Source: an uncultured Planctomycetaceae bacterium
GTDB lineage: Bacteria; Planctomycetota; Planctomycetia; Pirellulales; PALSA-1355
Length of the DNA: 64,000 nt
Direction: 5' to 3'
Assembly: GCA_963793635.1 (NCBI GenBank)
Contig: CAWCAX010000004.1
Span: 25,951 to 89,950, forward strand
Shown piece by piece: positions 17,845-28,366 of the stretch. The translations under genes and the position numbers were made by a program. The notes under the pieces are model-generated. The model did no database searches. It saw only the letters and a list, made by a program, of their open reading frames with translations, and had not been told where the DNA came from. Position 1 is the first letter of the stretch, and every line of letters starts with the position of its first letter.

Positions 17845-18996
17845 TCAGGGCTTGGCAATCATCTCGACGAATTGCCGAAACAGATAATTGCTGTCGTGCG
17901 GGCCGGCGGAAGCTTCGGGGTGATACTGCACGCTGAAGGCCGGCAGCTCGCGATGTCGCACGCCTTCGATCGTGCGATCGTTGAGATTGATGTGCGTGAT
18001 TTCGAGTTCGGGCGGCAGCCCCTGCTCCTCGACCGCGAAGCCGTGATTCTGGCAGGTGATTTCCACCTTGCCGGTATCCAGGTTTTGCACCGGCTGATTC
18101 GAACCCCGGTGCCCGAACTTGAGCTTGAACGTTCGCGCCCCGCAGGCCAGCGAGAGCAACTGGTGGCCGAGACAAATTCCGAACACCGGCGCCTTGCCGA
18201 GCACTCCGCGAATCGTTTCCACGGCGTAATCCAGCGGCTCCGGATCGCCAGGGCCGTTGGACAGAAACACGCCGTCCGGCTTCAGCGCGAGCACTTCGGC
18301 GGCCGAGGCCGTGCCCGGCAGCACGGTGACCCGGCAGCCCAACTCGTGCAGATGCCGCGGAATGTTCCACTTCATGCCGAAATCGAGCGCCACCACATGC
18401 GGGGCGTCGCCGCGCTGGCTGAGCATCGGCTGGCCGGCCGTTTGCTCGCTGGCCGAGGGATTGCGCGCCCACGGGCTCAGACACTCGCTCCACTGCCGGG
18501 TTGCCTGCGGCACGACCTCGCGGACCAGGTCGCGTCCGACCAGCCCCGGGCTGCCTTTGGCCTTCGCCACAAGGCTGGCGTCGTCGAGATCGACGGTCGA
18601 GAGCACCCCCTTGAGGGCCCCGAATTGCCGCAACCGGCGCACCAGCGCCCGCGTGTCGATTCCCGCGATGGCCACCACGCCGGACTGGATCAAATAGTCG
18701 GGCAGCAGCTGCTGGGAGCGAAAGTTGCTGGCAATGCTACTTTGATTGCGCACGATGAAACCGGCCACCTGCGGCCGCAGGCTTTCCCGGTCTTCATCGT
18801 TAACGCCGTAGTTGCCGATCTCGGGATAGGTCATGGCCACGATCTGACCCCGATAGCTGGGATCGGTCAGAATTTCCTGGTAGCCGGTCATCGAGGTGTT
18901 GAAGCAAACCTCGCCGTCCACCTCTCCCTGGGCGCCGAACGAAACGCCGGTAAATACGGTTCCATCTTCGAGGGCCAGCTTGGCGGTCGTGCTCAT
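17845..18996 (-). CDS. carA: carbamoyl-phosphate synthase small (glutamine amidotransferase) subunit
   Basis: MSTTAKLALEDGTVFTGVSFGAQGEVDGEVCFNTSMTGYQEILTDPSYRGQIV..., with GICLGHQLL (catalytic Cys) and VQYHPEA. The frame is intact. Confidence 0.95.
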   Translation of the reverse strand: MSTTAKLALEDGTVFTGVSFGAQGEVDGEVCFNTSMTGYQEILTDPSYRGQIVAMTYPEIGNYGVNDEDRESLRPQVAGFIVRNQSSIASNFRSQQLLPDYLIQSGVVAIAGIDTRALVRRLRQFGALKGVLSTVDLDDASLVAKAKGSPGLVGRDLVREVVPQATRQWSECLSPWARNPSASEQTAGQPMLSQRGDAPHVVALDFGMKWNIPRHLHELGCRVTVLPGTASAAEVLALKPDGVFLSNGPGDPEPLDYAVETIRGVLGKAPVFGICLGHQLLSLACGARTFKLKFGHRGSNQPVQNLDTGKVEITCQNHGFAVEEQGLPPELEITHINLNDRTIEGVRHRELPAFSVQYHPEASAGPHDSNYLFRQFVEMIAKP

Positions 18997-19186
18997 CGCG
19001 CTTGTTGCTCTGCTCGGGGGTAAGGAAATTTGGAGTTTAGGGGTCAAGCCGGGCTGTACGAGGACCGAATGCCCGTCTGGGGTTAGCACGTTAAAGTTCG
19101 GTTAGCGCCGGCCCGATAGGGTCTGTACGGCTGTGGGTCTCTGGACGACACAAACTAAAAAATTGTGAAGTTCAGACAGCCAAGTG

Positions 19187-19228
19187 AGAGGGTTCTTGCC
19201 CCGGCGAGCAAGGACCCTCTATTTTTTT
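19187..19228 (+). terminator. strong intrinsic terminator with no annotated plus-strand gene upstream
   Basis: A 13-bp stem (AGAGGGTTCTTGC / GCAAGGACCCTCT, one G-U pair) with an 8-nt loop is followed by A + T7 (19221-19228). Confidence 0.6.
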
Positions 19229-19387
19229 GCCTGTGCATTTGCCAGTTCATTGACGGCGGCCACAAGCGCCCGGCGTGACGAACCGCCTTTCAACGGAGCC
19301 CGCCGCAGCCCAGCGACCCGGCCGCAGAGCGCAAATTTCTGCCATTGTAGCCGGTCTGCTAGCGAGCGCACAGACGGCGCACTGCCG

Positions 19388-20239
19388 CTAGACCGCCCCG
19401 GAAGCCGCCAAAAGTCGCGGGTCGAAGCGGTCGGCCGGCAACTCGGCGGGCTTTGCCCGCGGCAGGCACCGGCCGGGCTCGCGCTTCAAGAGGGCCATCA
19501 AGCTTACGCCCGTTCGATAGGGCTTGGCGGCGGGCGACTCGAGCAGCCGCAGCAAGCGCTGGCCTTCGGCCGCCAGCGTTGTTGCCAGAATCCGGTTCAA
19601 ACTGCTGCGCGGAACGCGGAAGTCGGTTCCCGACGCGCCGCAGGCCCGGCCCTGCCGGCGGTTCCACCAACGGACCAGTTTCACCAGCGGATATAAGCGG
19701 CTGTTATAGTACGACGCGAATTCGACCTTGGCCGGCAGGCCGTCCCAGATGCGCTCGAAACGTTCCAGGTCGTAGCGTCGAAAATGCCCAAAACTTTCGT
19801 CGTGCTGGCTCCACAGCGATAGATCGGCCGGCACGGTCAGTAGAAAGTGCGTGCCCGGGCGCGTGGCGGCGAAGAGCGAAGAGAATAGCTCGAAATCGTC
19901 CGGCACGTGTTCCAGCACATCGGACAACAGCACCAGGCTGGCCCGGCCGAGCACGTCGCGAACCTTGTCGGGCGCGAATCCCTGCCGAAAGTCGATCTGT
20001 GGAAACCGCTCGCGGGCCAGGCGGATGGCATCGTCCGAGGTATCGATTCCGACGCAGTGGTACTGGCCGGCCAGGGCCCCCAAATTGGCCCCGGTTCCGC
20101 AGCCCACGTCGAGCACGATATGTCGCCCGTCCGGTGGCACGACGGCCTGGATCACGCTTTTCAGGATTTGTCGCCGGGCGACAAACCACCAATGCCGATC
20201 TTCGATATCCGCGTGGAGTTGGAATTGGGCCGATTGCAT
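19388..20239 (-). CDS. class I SAM-dependent methyltransferase
   Basis: The SAM-binding motif is VLDVGCGTGANLG. Also present: HCVGIDTSDDAI and LVLLSDVLEHVPDD. The 283-aa ORF is intact. Confidence 0.85.
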   Translation of the reverse strand: MQSAQFQLHADIEDRHWWFVARRQILKSVIQAVVPPDGRHIVLDVGCGTGANLGALAGQYHCVGIDTSDDAIRLARERFPQIDFRQGFAPDKVRDVLGRASLVLLSDVLEHVPDDFELFSSLFAATRPGTHFLLTVPADLSLWSQHDESFGHFRRYDLERFERIWDGLPAKVEFASYYNSRLYPLVKLVRWWNRRQGRACGASGTDFRVPRSSLNRILATTLAAEGQRLLRLLESPAAKPYRTGVSLMALLKREPGRCLPRAKPAELPADRFDPRLLAASGAV

Positions 20240-20459
20240 AGGTTATACCGTTTGCGGTGCGCGCCGGGAGGAATCCGCACGGCAAGTATAGGTCAGCAAT
20301 CGGAGCGATCTTTTTCGGTTTGCTGGAGTGGGCTACGCGGGCCCTTCATGCCCGGTTGTTCCCCGCCCAGAACAGGCGCGAGAAATCCATCGACGGGCCT
20401 CCCAGGCAATTCGCGGGTCCTCCGGTGCAGTTCGCCGACCCACACGCTACCCTGTCTCG

Positions 20460-20584
20460 GAAACCCTTACCCTACGCGCCCGAAACCCTTACCATACGCG
20501 CCCGAAACCCTTACTCTACGCGCTCCGAACCCTCACCCGACGCGCCTGAAACCCTCACCCTACCCTCTCCCTGGAGGGAGAGGG
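20460..20584. repeat. tandem ~22-bp repeat (about 4.5 units) ending in a 9-bp GC-rich hairpin
   Basis: Units GAAACCCTTACCCTACGCGCCC (20460), GAAACCCTTACCATACGCGCCC (20482), GAAACCCTTACTCTACGCGCTCC (20504), GAACCCTCACCCGACGCGCCT (20527) and a partial unit at 20548. Hairpin: CCCTCTCCC-TGGA-GGGAGAGGG at 20563-20584. Confidence 0.8.
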
Positions 20585-20621
20585 ATTGGCGCGCGCAGCT
20601 CGCTGCGCGGGGCCGGGCACG

Positions 20622-21314
20622 CTAGCGCGGCAGTTCCTTCAAGTAGATGTTCTTGAAGTACAGCGTGTTGCCGTGGTTTTGCAGCTCGATCTGGCCGGTG
20701 GGATAAATCGGCTGGTCGCGCTCCCAATAGTTCTCCAGCGGAACGTTGTCGACCACCAATTGGTCGTTCAGGTAGACCGTCACCAGCTCGCCGACCATTT
20801 TGATCAGAAAGTGATTCCACTCCCCGACCGGCTTGTCGGCCTTGACCGACGGCTTGGATGGGTTTTTTTGGTTGTTGTACAACCCGCCCGAACCGGTTCC
20901 GTCGTGCCCGACAATATCCGGATCCCAGATTTGCACCTGCGGCGAGCCGCGCAGATAAATCCCGCTGTCGCCGTTCTTCTCGATTTTCCAATCGACCAGC
21001 AGCTCGAAATCGCCGTAGTCTTTGGCCGTGCAGATGCTTTTGCCTTTGCCGTCGAACACCAGCACGCCGTCTTCGGCCTTCCAATGCGCCCGCATGTCGG
21101 CGTCGGCTTCCTCCTGGGCCTTGGCCAGCTCCTCGGGAGACATTTTGGCCCGCTTGGGCGGATCGGCGACCAGCCCCTTCCAGCCGGCCAGGTCGTTGCC
21201 GTCGAACAGGGCCACGAAGCCTTCGGGCGGAGTGTTGTCGGCGGCCGGCGCCGCGGAGACCGCCATCAGACAGCAGGCCCCAATACAAACCGCAGAAACT
21301 GCAAGTCGACTCAT
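20622..21314 (-). CDS. secreted DUF1080 (3-keto-disaccharide hydrolase-like) family protein
   Basis: Signal peptide MSRLAVSAVCIGACCLMAVSAAPA. Motifs: GFVALFDGNDLAGWKG, DFELLVDWKI..GDSGIYLRG, GQIELQNHGNTLYFKNIYLKEL. Confidence 0.8.
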   Translation of the reverse strand: MSRLAVSAVCIGACCLMAVSAAPAADNTPPEGFVALFDGNDLAGWKGLVADPPKRAKMSPEELAKAQEEADADMRAHWKAEDGVLVFDGKGKSICTAKDYGDFELLVDWKIEKNGDSGIYLRGSPQVQIWDPDIVGHDGTGSGGLYNNQKNPSKPSVKADKPVGEWNHFLIKMVGELVTVYLNDQLVVDNVPLENYWERDQPIYPTGQIELQNHGNTLYFKNIYLKELPR

Positions 21315-21376
21315 CGGTATACCTTTCAGCGTCATCTTTGGACCATCTTTTTCGTTCTCGTGTTATTCGCTTGATG

Positions 21377-23226
21377 CTATGACGTGCGTGAAAAAGTCGC
21401 CAGGTCCTGGGCCAGCGAATCGAGCCGGGCCGACAACTGGCCTTTGACGGCGGCCAGATCGTGAATCTGCTCGGCCGGCTCGTAGGCGAACATGTAGAAC
21501 TTGACCTTGGGTTCCGTGCCCGAGGGGCGAACGGCCACATAGGTGCCTTCGGCCGCCAGATCGATCATCACCATGTCCCCCTTGGGCCCCTGGAAATCGC
21601 GCGGCGGCTGGCCCGGCGTCAGTTCGCGCAGGGCGAGATAATCGCGCACCCGCTTGACCTTCAGTCCGGCCAGTTCTTGCGGCGGATTCTGGCGCAAGCG
21701 CTGCATCAGCGATTCGATCTGGGCCATGCCCTCCGAGCCGGGCATGGTCACCGAGACCTGCCGCTCGGCGTGGCAGCCATATTGCCAGTAGAGCGCGTCG
21801 AGCTTTTGGTGCAGCGTTTGACCGGCGGCTTTTTGTTGGGCGGCCAGTTCGGCCAACAGCATCGCCGCCACGGCGGCGTCCTTGTCGCGGGCGTAGGTGC
21901 CGACCAGATAGCCGTGCGACTCTTCGCAGCCGAAGACGAAATTCTCCGGCCCCAGCTCGTCGATCGTGCCGCCGATGTATTTGAAGCCGACTTGCAGATC
22001 GCCCTCGGTTTTCACGCCGAAAGCATCGGCAATGCGGCGGACCATCTCGGTGGTGACCAGCGTCTTGACCACGTAGTTCCGCGGGCCGAGCTTGCCTGCG
22101 GCCTTGCGCCGCTCGAGCAGATATTCGGCCAGCAGCGCGCCGATCTGGTTGCCGGTCATCGTCAGCCAGGCGCTGCCGGGCTGGGGCGTCAGCGGGGCGG
22201 CCAAGCCGATGCGGTCGCAATCGGGATCGCTGGCCAGCACCAGGTCGGCGCCGGTTTGCTGGGCGCGGCCGATGATCGCGTCGAAGACCTGCGGGTTTTC
22301 GGGATTCGAGACGTGGCCCGGCACGTTCGGAAAATCGCCGTTGGGCTCGGCATGCGGACCGAACAGCTCGACGTCCGTCGAATCCGTCGGCCGCCAGGAC
22401 CGGCAGCACGGCGCTGGCGCCCACGCCGTGCAGCGGCGAATAGATGATCTTCAGATTGCGCGGACCGGGCCAGGCCTGGGCCGCCACGGCCTGGATGTAG
22501 GCCGCGTCGACTTCCTCCTGGCAGAACACGATCTTGCCGCCGGCTCAGTCCCTCGGCAAACGGCAGGCGGTTGATCGTGGTGCAATTCATCACCCGATCG
22601 ATCACGCCCTGATCGTGCGGCGGCAGCAAGTTGCCCGCCGGTCGACCAATAGGCTTTCACCGCGTTGTCGCTGGGCGGATTGTGGCTGGCGGTGACCATG
22701 ATGCCGCAACTGCAGTGCTTGTGGCGCACGGCGAACGAAAGCTCGGGCGTGCTGCGAAATCCGTCGAGGAAATAGACTTTGAAGCCGGCCGCCGCCATGA
22801 TCTCGGCACACAGTTCGGCAAAATGCCGCGACTGGTGCCGCGTGTCGTAGGCGATCGCGCAGGACCAGGGCGCCGTCGGCCGAGCGTTTCCTTGACGTAG
22901 TCGGCCAGTCCCTGCGCACTTTCGCCGATCGTGCGATCGTTGATGGCGTTGGAGCCGATCGGATACATCTTTCCGCGCCGGCCGCCGGTGCCGAAGGGAA
23001 TGACGGTCCAGAAAACGTCGTCCAATTCCTTCCAGCGACCCTGTTCCAAGTGCTCGGCGACCAGCGGCGCATACTCGTGATAGCGCGGTTCGGTCAGCCA
23101 GGCGCGAATATTCGCCACCGCGCCGGGCGAAAGCAGCTTTTGTTCGGCCGCGGTCTTCAATTCCAAGAGGGCCGTGGCTGCATCGAATGCTCCGGCCGGG
23201 CGGCTTGCGTCACGTTCGTCTGCCAT
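21377..23226 (-). CDS. alpha-D-phosphohexomutase (phosphoglucomutase/phosphomannomutase family); at least 3 frame corrections
   Basis: The N-terminal piece FGTGGRRGKMYPIG is in ORF 22657..23334. The active-site piece GIMVTASHNPPSDNAVK is in 22451..22798. The C-terminal 315 aa are in 21377..22324. Confidence 0.8.
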
Positions 23227-23476
23227 AGATGGGTCGTCGATCCGCGGCTTCGGAAGGGACTGTTGATTGCCGGTCATTGTGCCCGATTTTGCCGGCTTGG
23301 GCAAAGGGGCTGCCGGGGTCCCGAAGCGGATCATTCAGCGGGCTCCCAAAATAGTCGAAATCAGCTTTTCAATCGGCCGTCGCGTTCTATACTGCCGCAG
23401 GAACTATACTAAGAGCCTGGCCGAGAACCGCCCCGGCGGTACCTGGATCGGCTAACGAGGAACCGGAGGCAAGGCC

Positions 23477-24832
23477 ATGAGCGAGTTGATCATCAGCGTA
23501 TCGGGATTGCGAGGCGTTGTCGGAGACACGCTGCTGCCCCAGACGGCGCATCCGTTACGGCTGTGCCTTTGCCGCCGAGCTGCCGCCGCGGAAAAATCGT
23601 GATCGGCCGCGACGGCCGGGCGAGCGGTCCGATGCTTTCGGCGGCCCTGGTGGCCGGTCTGACCGCGGCGGGGCGCGAAGTGCTCGATGCCGACGTGGCG
23701 GCCACGCCCACGCTGGGCGTGCTGGTCCGCGCCCACGCCGCGGCCGGCGGCATTCAGATTTCGGCCAGCCACAACCCGCCCCAATACAACGGACTCAAAT
23801 TGTTCTCGGCCGAAGGGCGCGTCATTTCCGCCGCCGCCGGCCGGCGCGTGCTCGATCGCTATCAAAACGACCCGGCTGCGCCGGCGCCGCGGGCCGAGCT
23901 GGCGCCGGCAACACGCATCGACGATACCACGTCGGATCACTTCGAGCGGATCTCGGCGCTGGTCGACGTGCCGGCGATCCGCAGCCGGCGTTTTCGGGTG
24001 CTGCTCGATGCCAATCACGGCGCCGGCAGCGTGCTGGGCGTGCGCTTGCTTGAGGAACTCGGCTGCCGGCATCGTATTGCTGGGAGGATTGCCCGACGGA
24101 CGGTTCGAGCACACGCCCGAGCCGACCGCCGAAAATCTGGCCGATGTGCAGTATCAGGTCGCTCAGGCCGGCGCTGGACATCGGATTCTGCCAGGATCCG
24201 GATGCCGACCGGCTGGCCGTCATCGACGAGCATGGCCGCTATCTGGGCGAAGAGGAGACGCTGGCGCTGTGCGTCGACCATCGTGCTCCGCCGGCAGCCG
24301 GGCCCGATCGTGACCAATTGTTCGACCAGCCGGATGGCCGAAGACTTGGCCGGCAAGTACGGCGTGCCGTTCTTTCGCTCGGCGGTGGGCGAGGCCAACG
24401 TGGTCGACGCGATGCTGGCCCACCGCGCGGTCTTGGGGGGCGAAGGCAACGGCGGCGTGATCGATCCGCGCGGTGGTGCTGGTCCGCGACAGCTTCGTGG
24501 GCATGGCGATGATCCTCGACGCCATGGCCGCGCGCGAGCTGCCGATCAGCAGCCTGGCCGACGAACTGCCGCGCTACGAGATCGTGAAAACCAAGATCGG
24601 GCTCGCGCGCGAGCAGATTCCCGCTGCCCTGGCTGCGCTGGAAAAGCACTTTTCCGCCGCCCAGGCCGACCGCCTGGATGGGTTGCGGCTCGACTGGCCC
24701 GGCAAGTGGCTGCTGGTGCGCGCCAGCAACACCGAGCCGATCGTGCGGGCGATTGCCGAGGCGCCGACGGAGAAGGAAGCAAGGTCGCTGTGTGAAGAGG
24801 CCGCGGCGGTGATGGGAAAACGTAACGGATGA
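23477..24832 (+). CDS. phosphoglucosamine/phosphomannomutase-like phosphohexomutase; at least 5 frame corrections
   Basis: The gene starts at 23477 with MSELIISVSGLRGVVGD. GIQISASHNPPQYNGLK is in ORF 23563... FCQDPDADRL is in 24144... GGEGNGGVI is back in the 23563.. frame. The C-terminal piece is LVRASNTEPIVRAIAEA (24473..24832). Confidence 0.8.
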
Positions 24833-24852
24833 AGGCGGAAGGATGAAGGATG
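24826..24852. repeat. dispersed 27-nt purine-rich repeat, copy 1
   Basis: GGATGAAGGCGGAAGGATGAAGGATGA matches the reverse complement of 46547-46573 at 25 of 27 positions. It overlaps the stop codon of the mutase gene. Confidence 0.7.
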
Positions 24853-24937
24853 ACTTCGGTGAGCTCAGTCGAACCGAAAAACGAACTCGGAGAGCGGAAG
24901 GCCGGGTGCGCTCCGGCACATCTACGAATTAGTCGAT

Positions 24938-26237
24938 TCAGCGGAGGGCAGTGCGGAGGACGATCCGGTCTTTGCCCAGCCATTTGCGGAGCACTTCGGG
25001 CACAAGGATCGAGCCGTCGGCCTGCTGATAATTTTCCAGCACCGCGATGATCGCCCGGCTGATGGCGATCGCCGTGCCGTTGAGCGTGTGGACCAGCGAA
25101 GTTCCCTTTTCGCCCTTGTTGCGATAGCGGATGTCCAGCCGCCGGGCCTGGTAGTCGGTGCAGTTCGAGGTGCTGGTGACTTCGCCATATTCGCCCTGCT
25201 CGCCGCGGCCGGGCATCCAAGCTTCCAAGTCGTATTTGCGGTAGGCCGGACCGCCCAGGTCGCCGGTGGCGGTGTCGACCACGCGATAGGCCACGCCCAG
25301 GCCGTCGAAAATCCGGCATTCCAAGTCGCGGAAATAATCGAGCATGGCGTCGCTATTGTCGGGCAGCGTGAAGGCGAACATTTCGACTTTGGAAAACTGG
25401 TGCACGCGGTACAGGCCCGCGCGATGCCCGGCCGCCGGCGCCGGCTTCGGTGCGAAAGCAATGGCTGATGCCGCAGACCTTGATCGGCAACTGCTCGGCA
25501 TCGAGGACTTCGTCGGCCAACAGTCCGCCGAGCGTAATCTCGGCCGTGGCGATCAGGCTCAGGTCGCTGTCGGCGATGCTGTAGATCTGCGTTTCCGGTC
25601 CGCGGGGGATGTAGCCGGTGCCGTGCAGGATTTCGTTCCGCGCCAGGTCGGGGGTCATGGTGGGCGTAAAACCCTCGCTCGATCAGCACGTCGAGCGCGT
25701 AGCGTTCCAGGGCCAGTTCCAGCAGCACGGCGTCGTTCTTGAGGAAATAGAATCCGTGGCCGGCGACCTTGGCCCCCCCCTCGAAATCGAACAATCGGAG
25801 CTTTTCGCCCAGTTCGACGTGATCGAGCGGCTTGAAATCGAACTTGGGCGGTGCGTGCTGGCCGCGGCGGACTTCCAGGTTGGCCGAGTCGTCGGTGCCG
25901 CGCGGCGCGTCGGGATGCGACAGGTTGGGAATCGACTTCAGGATAGCGTCCGCTTCGGCGGCTGATCGCTTCGATCTCGGCGGTCAGCGCCGCGGTGGCT
26001 TCGCGGAGCCGGCGGCCCGATTCTTTCAGCTGCTCGCGCTCGGCCGCATCCTTGGCTTTGCCGATCGATTTGCTGACCTCGTTGGCCTGGCGGTTGCGCG
26101 TTTCGAGTTCGGCTTGCTTGGCCTTGCGCTGGTTTTCCAGAGCGACAAACCGATCGACGTCGGCCGGCGCATGCCGGTCGCGCGCAGTTGCGGCGCACCA
26201 GGTCCGGATTTTCCACGACAAAGCGGCGGTCGAGCAT
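24938..26237 (-). CDS. serS: seryl-tRNA synthetase; at least 4 frame corrections
   Basis: The N-terminal piece MLDRRFVVENPDLV and the coiled-coil arm are in ORFs 25938..26237 and 25655..26221. The core pieces are GTGYIP..IATAEITLGG..ISHCFRTEAGA (25353..25658) and YRVHQFSKVEMF..NGTAIAISRAIIAVLENYQ (24938..25501). Confidence 0.9.
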
Positions 26238-26264
26238 GGAGGAAATCGCTTCCCTTGGGGTGTT

Positions 26265-27641
26265 TCAGGAATTCAGCCTGGCCAGTTCTTCCCACAGATA
26301 GGCGCTGGCCCGGATGCCACGCTGGAAGTCCGAGAGCGAGAACTTTTCGTTCGGGCTGTGCGTGTTGTCGTCGTCCAACCCCCAGCCCAACAGTAGGGTA
26401 TCGACTCCCAGCAAATCGTGAAAGGTCGCCACGACCGGGATCGAGCCCCCCTCGCGCATGAAGACCGGCGCCCGGCCGAAGCCCGCTCGATGGCCCGCTG
26501 CGCGGCGGCCACATGAGGGCTGTCCAGCGGCACCACGACGCCCGGCGCCCCGTGCATGTCGATCAGTTCCAGGCGAATGCCGGGCGGGCACGAGCTGCGC
26601 AGGTGCCGGTCCAGCGCCGCGGAAATCTGTTTGGGATCCTGGTCGGGCACCAGCCGGAAGCTGAATTTGGCCCCGGCCCGGGCGGGGAGCACCGTTTTGG
26701 CCCCTTCGCCCTGATAGCCGCTCCATAGGCCGTTGACGTCGAAGGTGGGCCGCGCCCAGCGGCGCTCGAGCGTGGTATAGCCGGCTTCGCCCCCGAGCGC
26801 ATCGACGCCGATTTGGCGCTTGAAGTTCTGCTCGTCGAACGGCAAGGCGGCAAATTGCGCGCCGCTCGTCGGGCGAGAGCGGCCGCACGGCGTCGTAAAA
26901 GCCGGGAATCGTGATCCGGCCCCGCTCGTCGACCAGCGCGGCCAGCATGCGGCACAGCGCAATGGCCGGATTCACGACCGCTCCGCCGAACGTGCCGGAG
27001 TGCAAATCCTGCTTGGGTCCGCTCAGCCGCAGCTCGTAATAGGCGATGCCCCGCAGCCCGTAGGTGATCGCTGGCTGGCCCGGCGCGAATTGCGACGTAT
27101 CGCTGATCACCACGCAGTCGCAGGCCAACCGCGAGCGATTGTCGGCCAAGAAATTTTCCAAGATTCTCGCTGCCGACTTCCTCTTCGCCTTCGATCACAT
27201 ATTTCAATTGGATCGGCAGCCGGCCGACGCCTTTGAGCCACGCCTCGGCGCTTTGCACGTGGGTCAGCATCTGGCCTTTGTCGTCGGTTGCGCCCCGGGC
27301 GTAGACGTTGCCGCCGCGCACCGTGGGCTCGAACGGCGGCGAAATCCACTCGATCCAGCGGGTCGGGGGGCTGCACGTCGTAATGCCCGTAGACCAGAAC
27401 CGTCGGCGCGCCGGGCACAGCCGGCCGACTGCGCAAAAACGATCGGGTTGCCGGCCGTCGGGACCAGTTCGGTCGTCCAGGCCCAGCTGGCGAAACTGTG
27501 CGGCGACCCACTCGGCCGCCCGGCCGACGTCGGGGCGATGGGCTCGCTATCGGCACTGACGCTGGGGATGCGCAACAGCTCGAACAGATCTTGCTCGAAT
27601 TGCTTTACCTGGGCTGCGAGATAATCGTCGAGAGCACTCAT
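26265..27641 (-). CDS. M20-family dipeptidase (ArgE/DapE/ACY1/CPG2 family); at least 4 frame corrections
   Basis: The pieces are MSALDDYLAAQVKQFEQDLFELLRIPSVSA (27264..27641), YARGATDDKGQ..IEGEEEVGS (26563..27321), and HSGTFGG with GGSIPVV (26265..27161 and 26273..26962). Confidence 0.8.
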
Positions 27642-27778
27642 GCTGCCGGTTTCTGCTTTGAGGTTCGAGGGCCAAACGGCGACTGCGAAAACGCTGGGAA
27701 TACTTTGTAACTCGGACCTGCGTGCAATATAATGGCTCGCGGACGAAGTCAGCCATTCCCGAAGATGAAGGTTTGGTT

Positions 27779-28135
27779 ATGCGAGAAGAAGCGCAAACCG
27801 CGATCGCGGAGCCGGTGGAAGAAACGCTCGAACGGCGCAAGACCCAAAAACGCGAAAAGCCGAAGCGGCAGCCGCGTTACAACGTCATTCTGTGGGACGA
27901 TCAACAGCATACGCATGCCTACGTGGTTCTGATGATGGAGCAGCTTTTCGCCCATGCGCCGACCAAAGGCTTCCAGATCGCCGACGAGGTTGACCGCCGC
28001 GGCCGGGCGATCGTGCTGACTACCACGCTGGAGCACGCCGAGCTGAAGCGCGATCAAATTCGGGCGTTCGGCAAAGACGGACTGCTGGCCGAGTCCAAGG
28101 GCTCGATGTTCGCTTCGATCGAATCGTGCATGTGA
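27779..28135 (+). CDS. clpS: ATP-dependent Clp protease adaptor ClpS
   Basis: Contains PRYNVILWDDQQHTHAYVVLMMEQLF..GFQIADEVDRRGRAIVLTTTLEHAELKRDQI. The start is taken at MREEAQ. Confidence 0.85.
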   Translation: MREEAQTAIAEPVEETLERRKTQKREKPKRQPRYNVILWDDQQHTHAYVVLMMEQLFAHAPTKGFQIADEVDRRGRAIVLTTTLEHAELKRDQIRAFGKDGLLAESKGSMFASIESCM

Positions 28136-28366
28136 GGGCTGGTCTATACAGCCCACGGAGCAGAGGAATCCGGCCGAGTTCCAAGCTAGCAAGCCCCTGC
28201 TGCCAGGTGGCCGGAATCGCCTAGACGCACGGCAAGCGATTTTGTTAGAGTCCGCCCGCATTTCTTAGGGCAGTTCGCGCCCAGGGCGGTTCGCCGCGAC
28301 GCGACTAGGACGATTCATGGAATCGGCTGCCGCTGGCATTCGTCAAAAGAGCAAGGAATCCGCCGG

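Noticed and set aside
19184-19696. A 170-aa plus-strand ORF between carA and the methyltransferase.
   Set aside because: It starts inside the terminator hairpin and runs antisense into the methyltransferase. Its composition is Arg/Ala/Pro-rich, with no motifs.
20460-20584. Tandem repeats as a possible CRISPR array.
   Set aside because: The units are contiguous, with a 21-23 bp period and no unique spacers between them. They degenerate progressively, and no cas genes are nearby.
21377-24832. Two divergently transcribed phosphohexomutase genes as a special system.
   Set aside because: Both have standard active-site loops (TASHNP and SASHNP). They most likely represent ordinary PGM-type and GlmM/ManB-type paralogues, and nothing beyond adjacency suggests a novel function.
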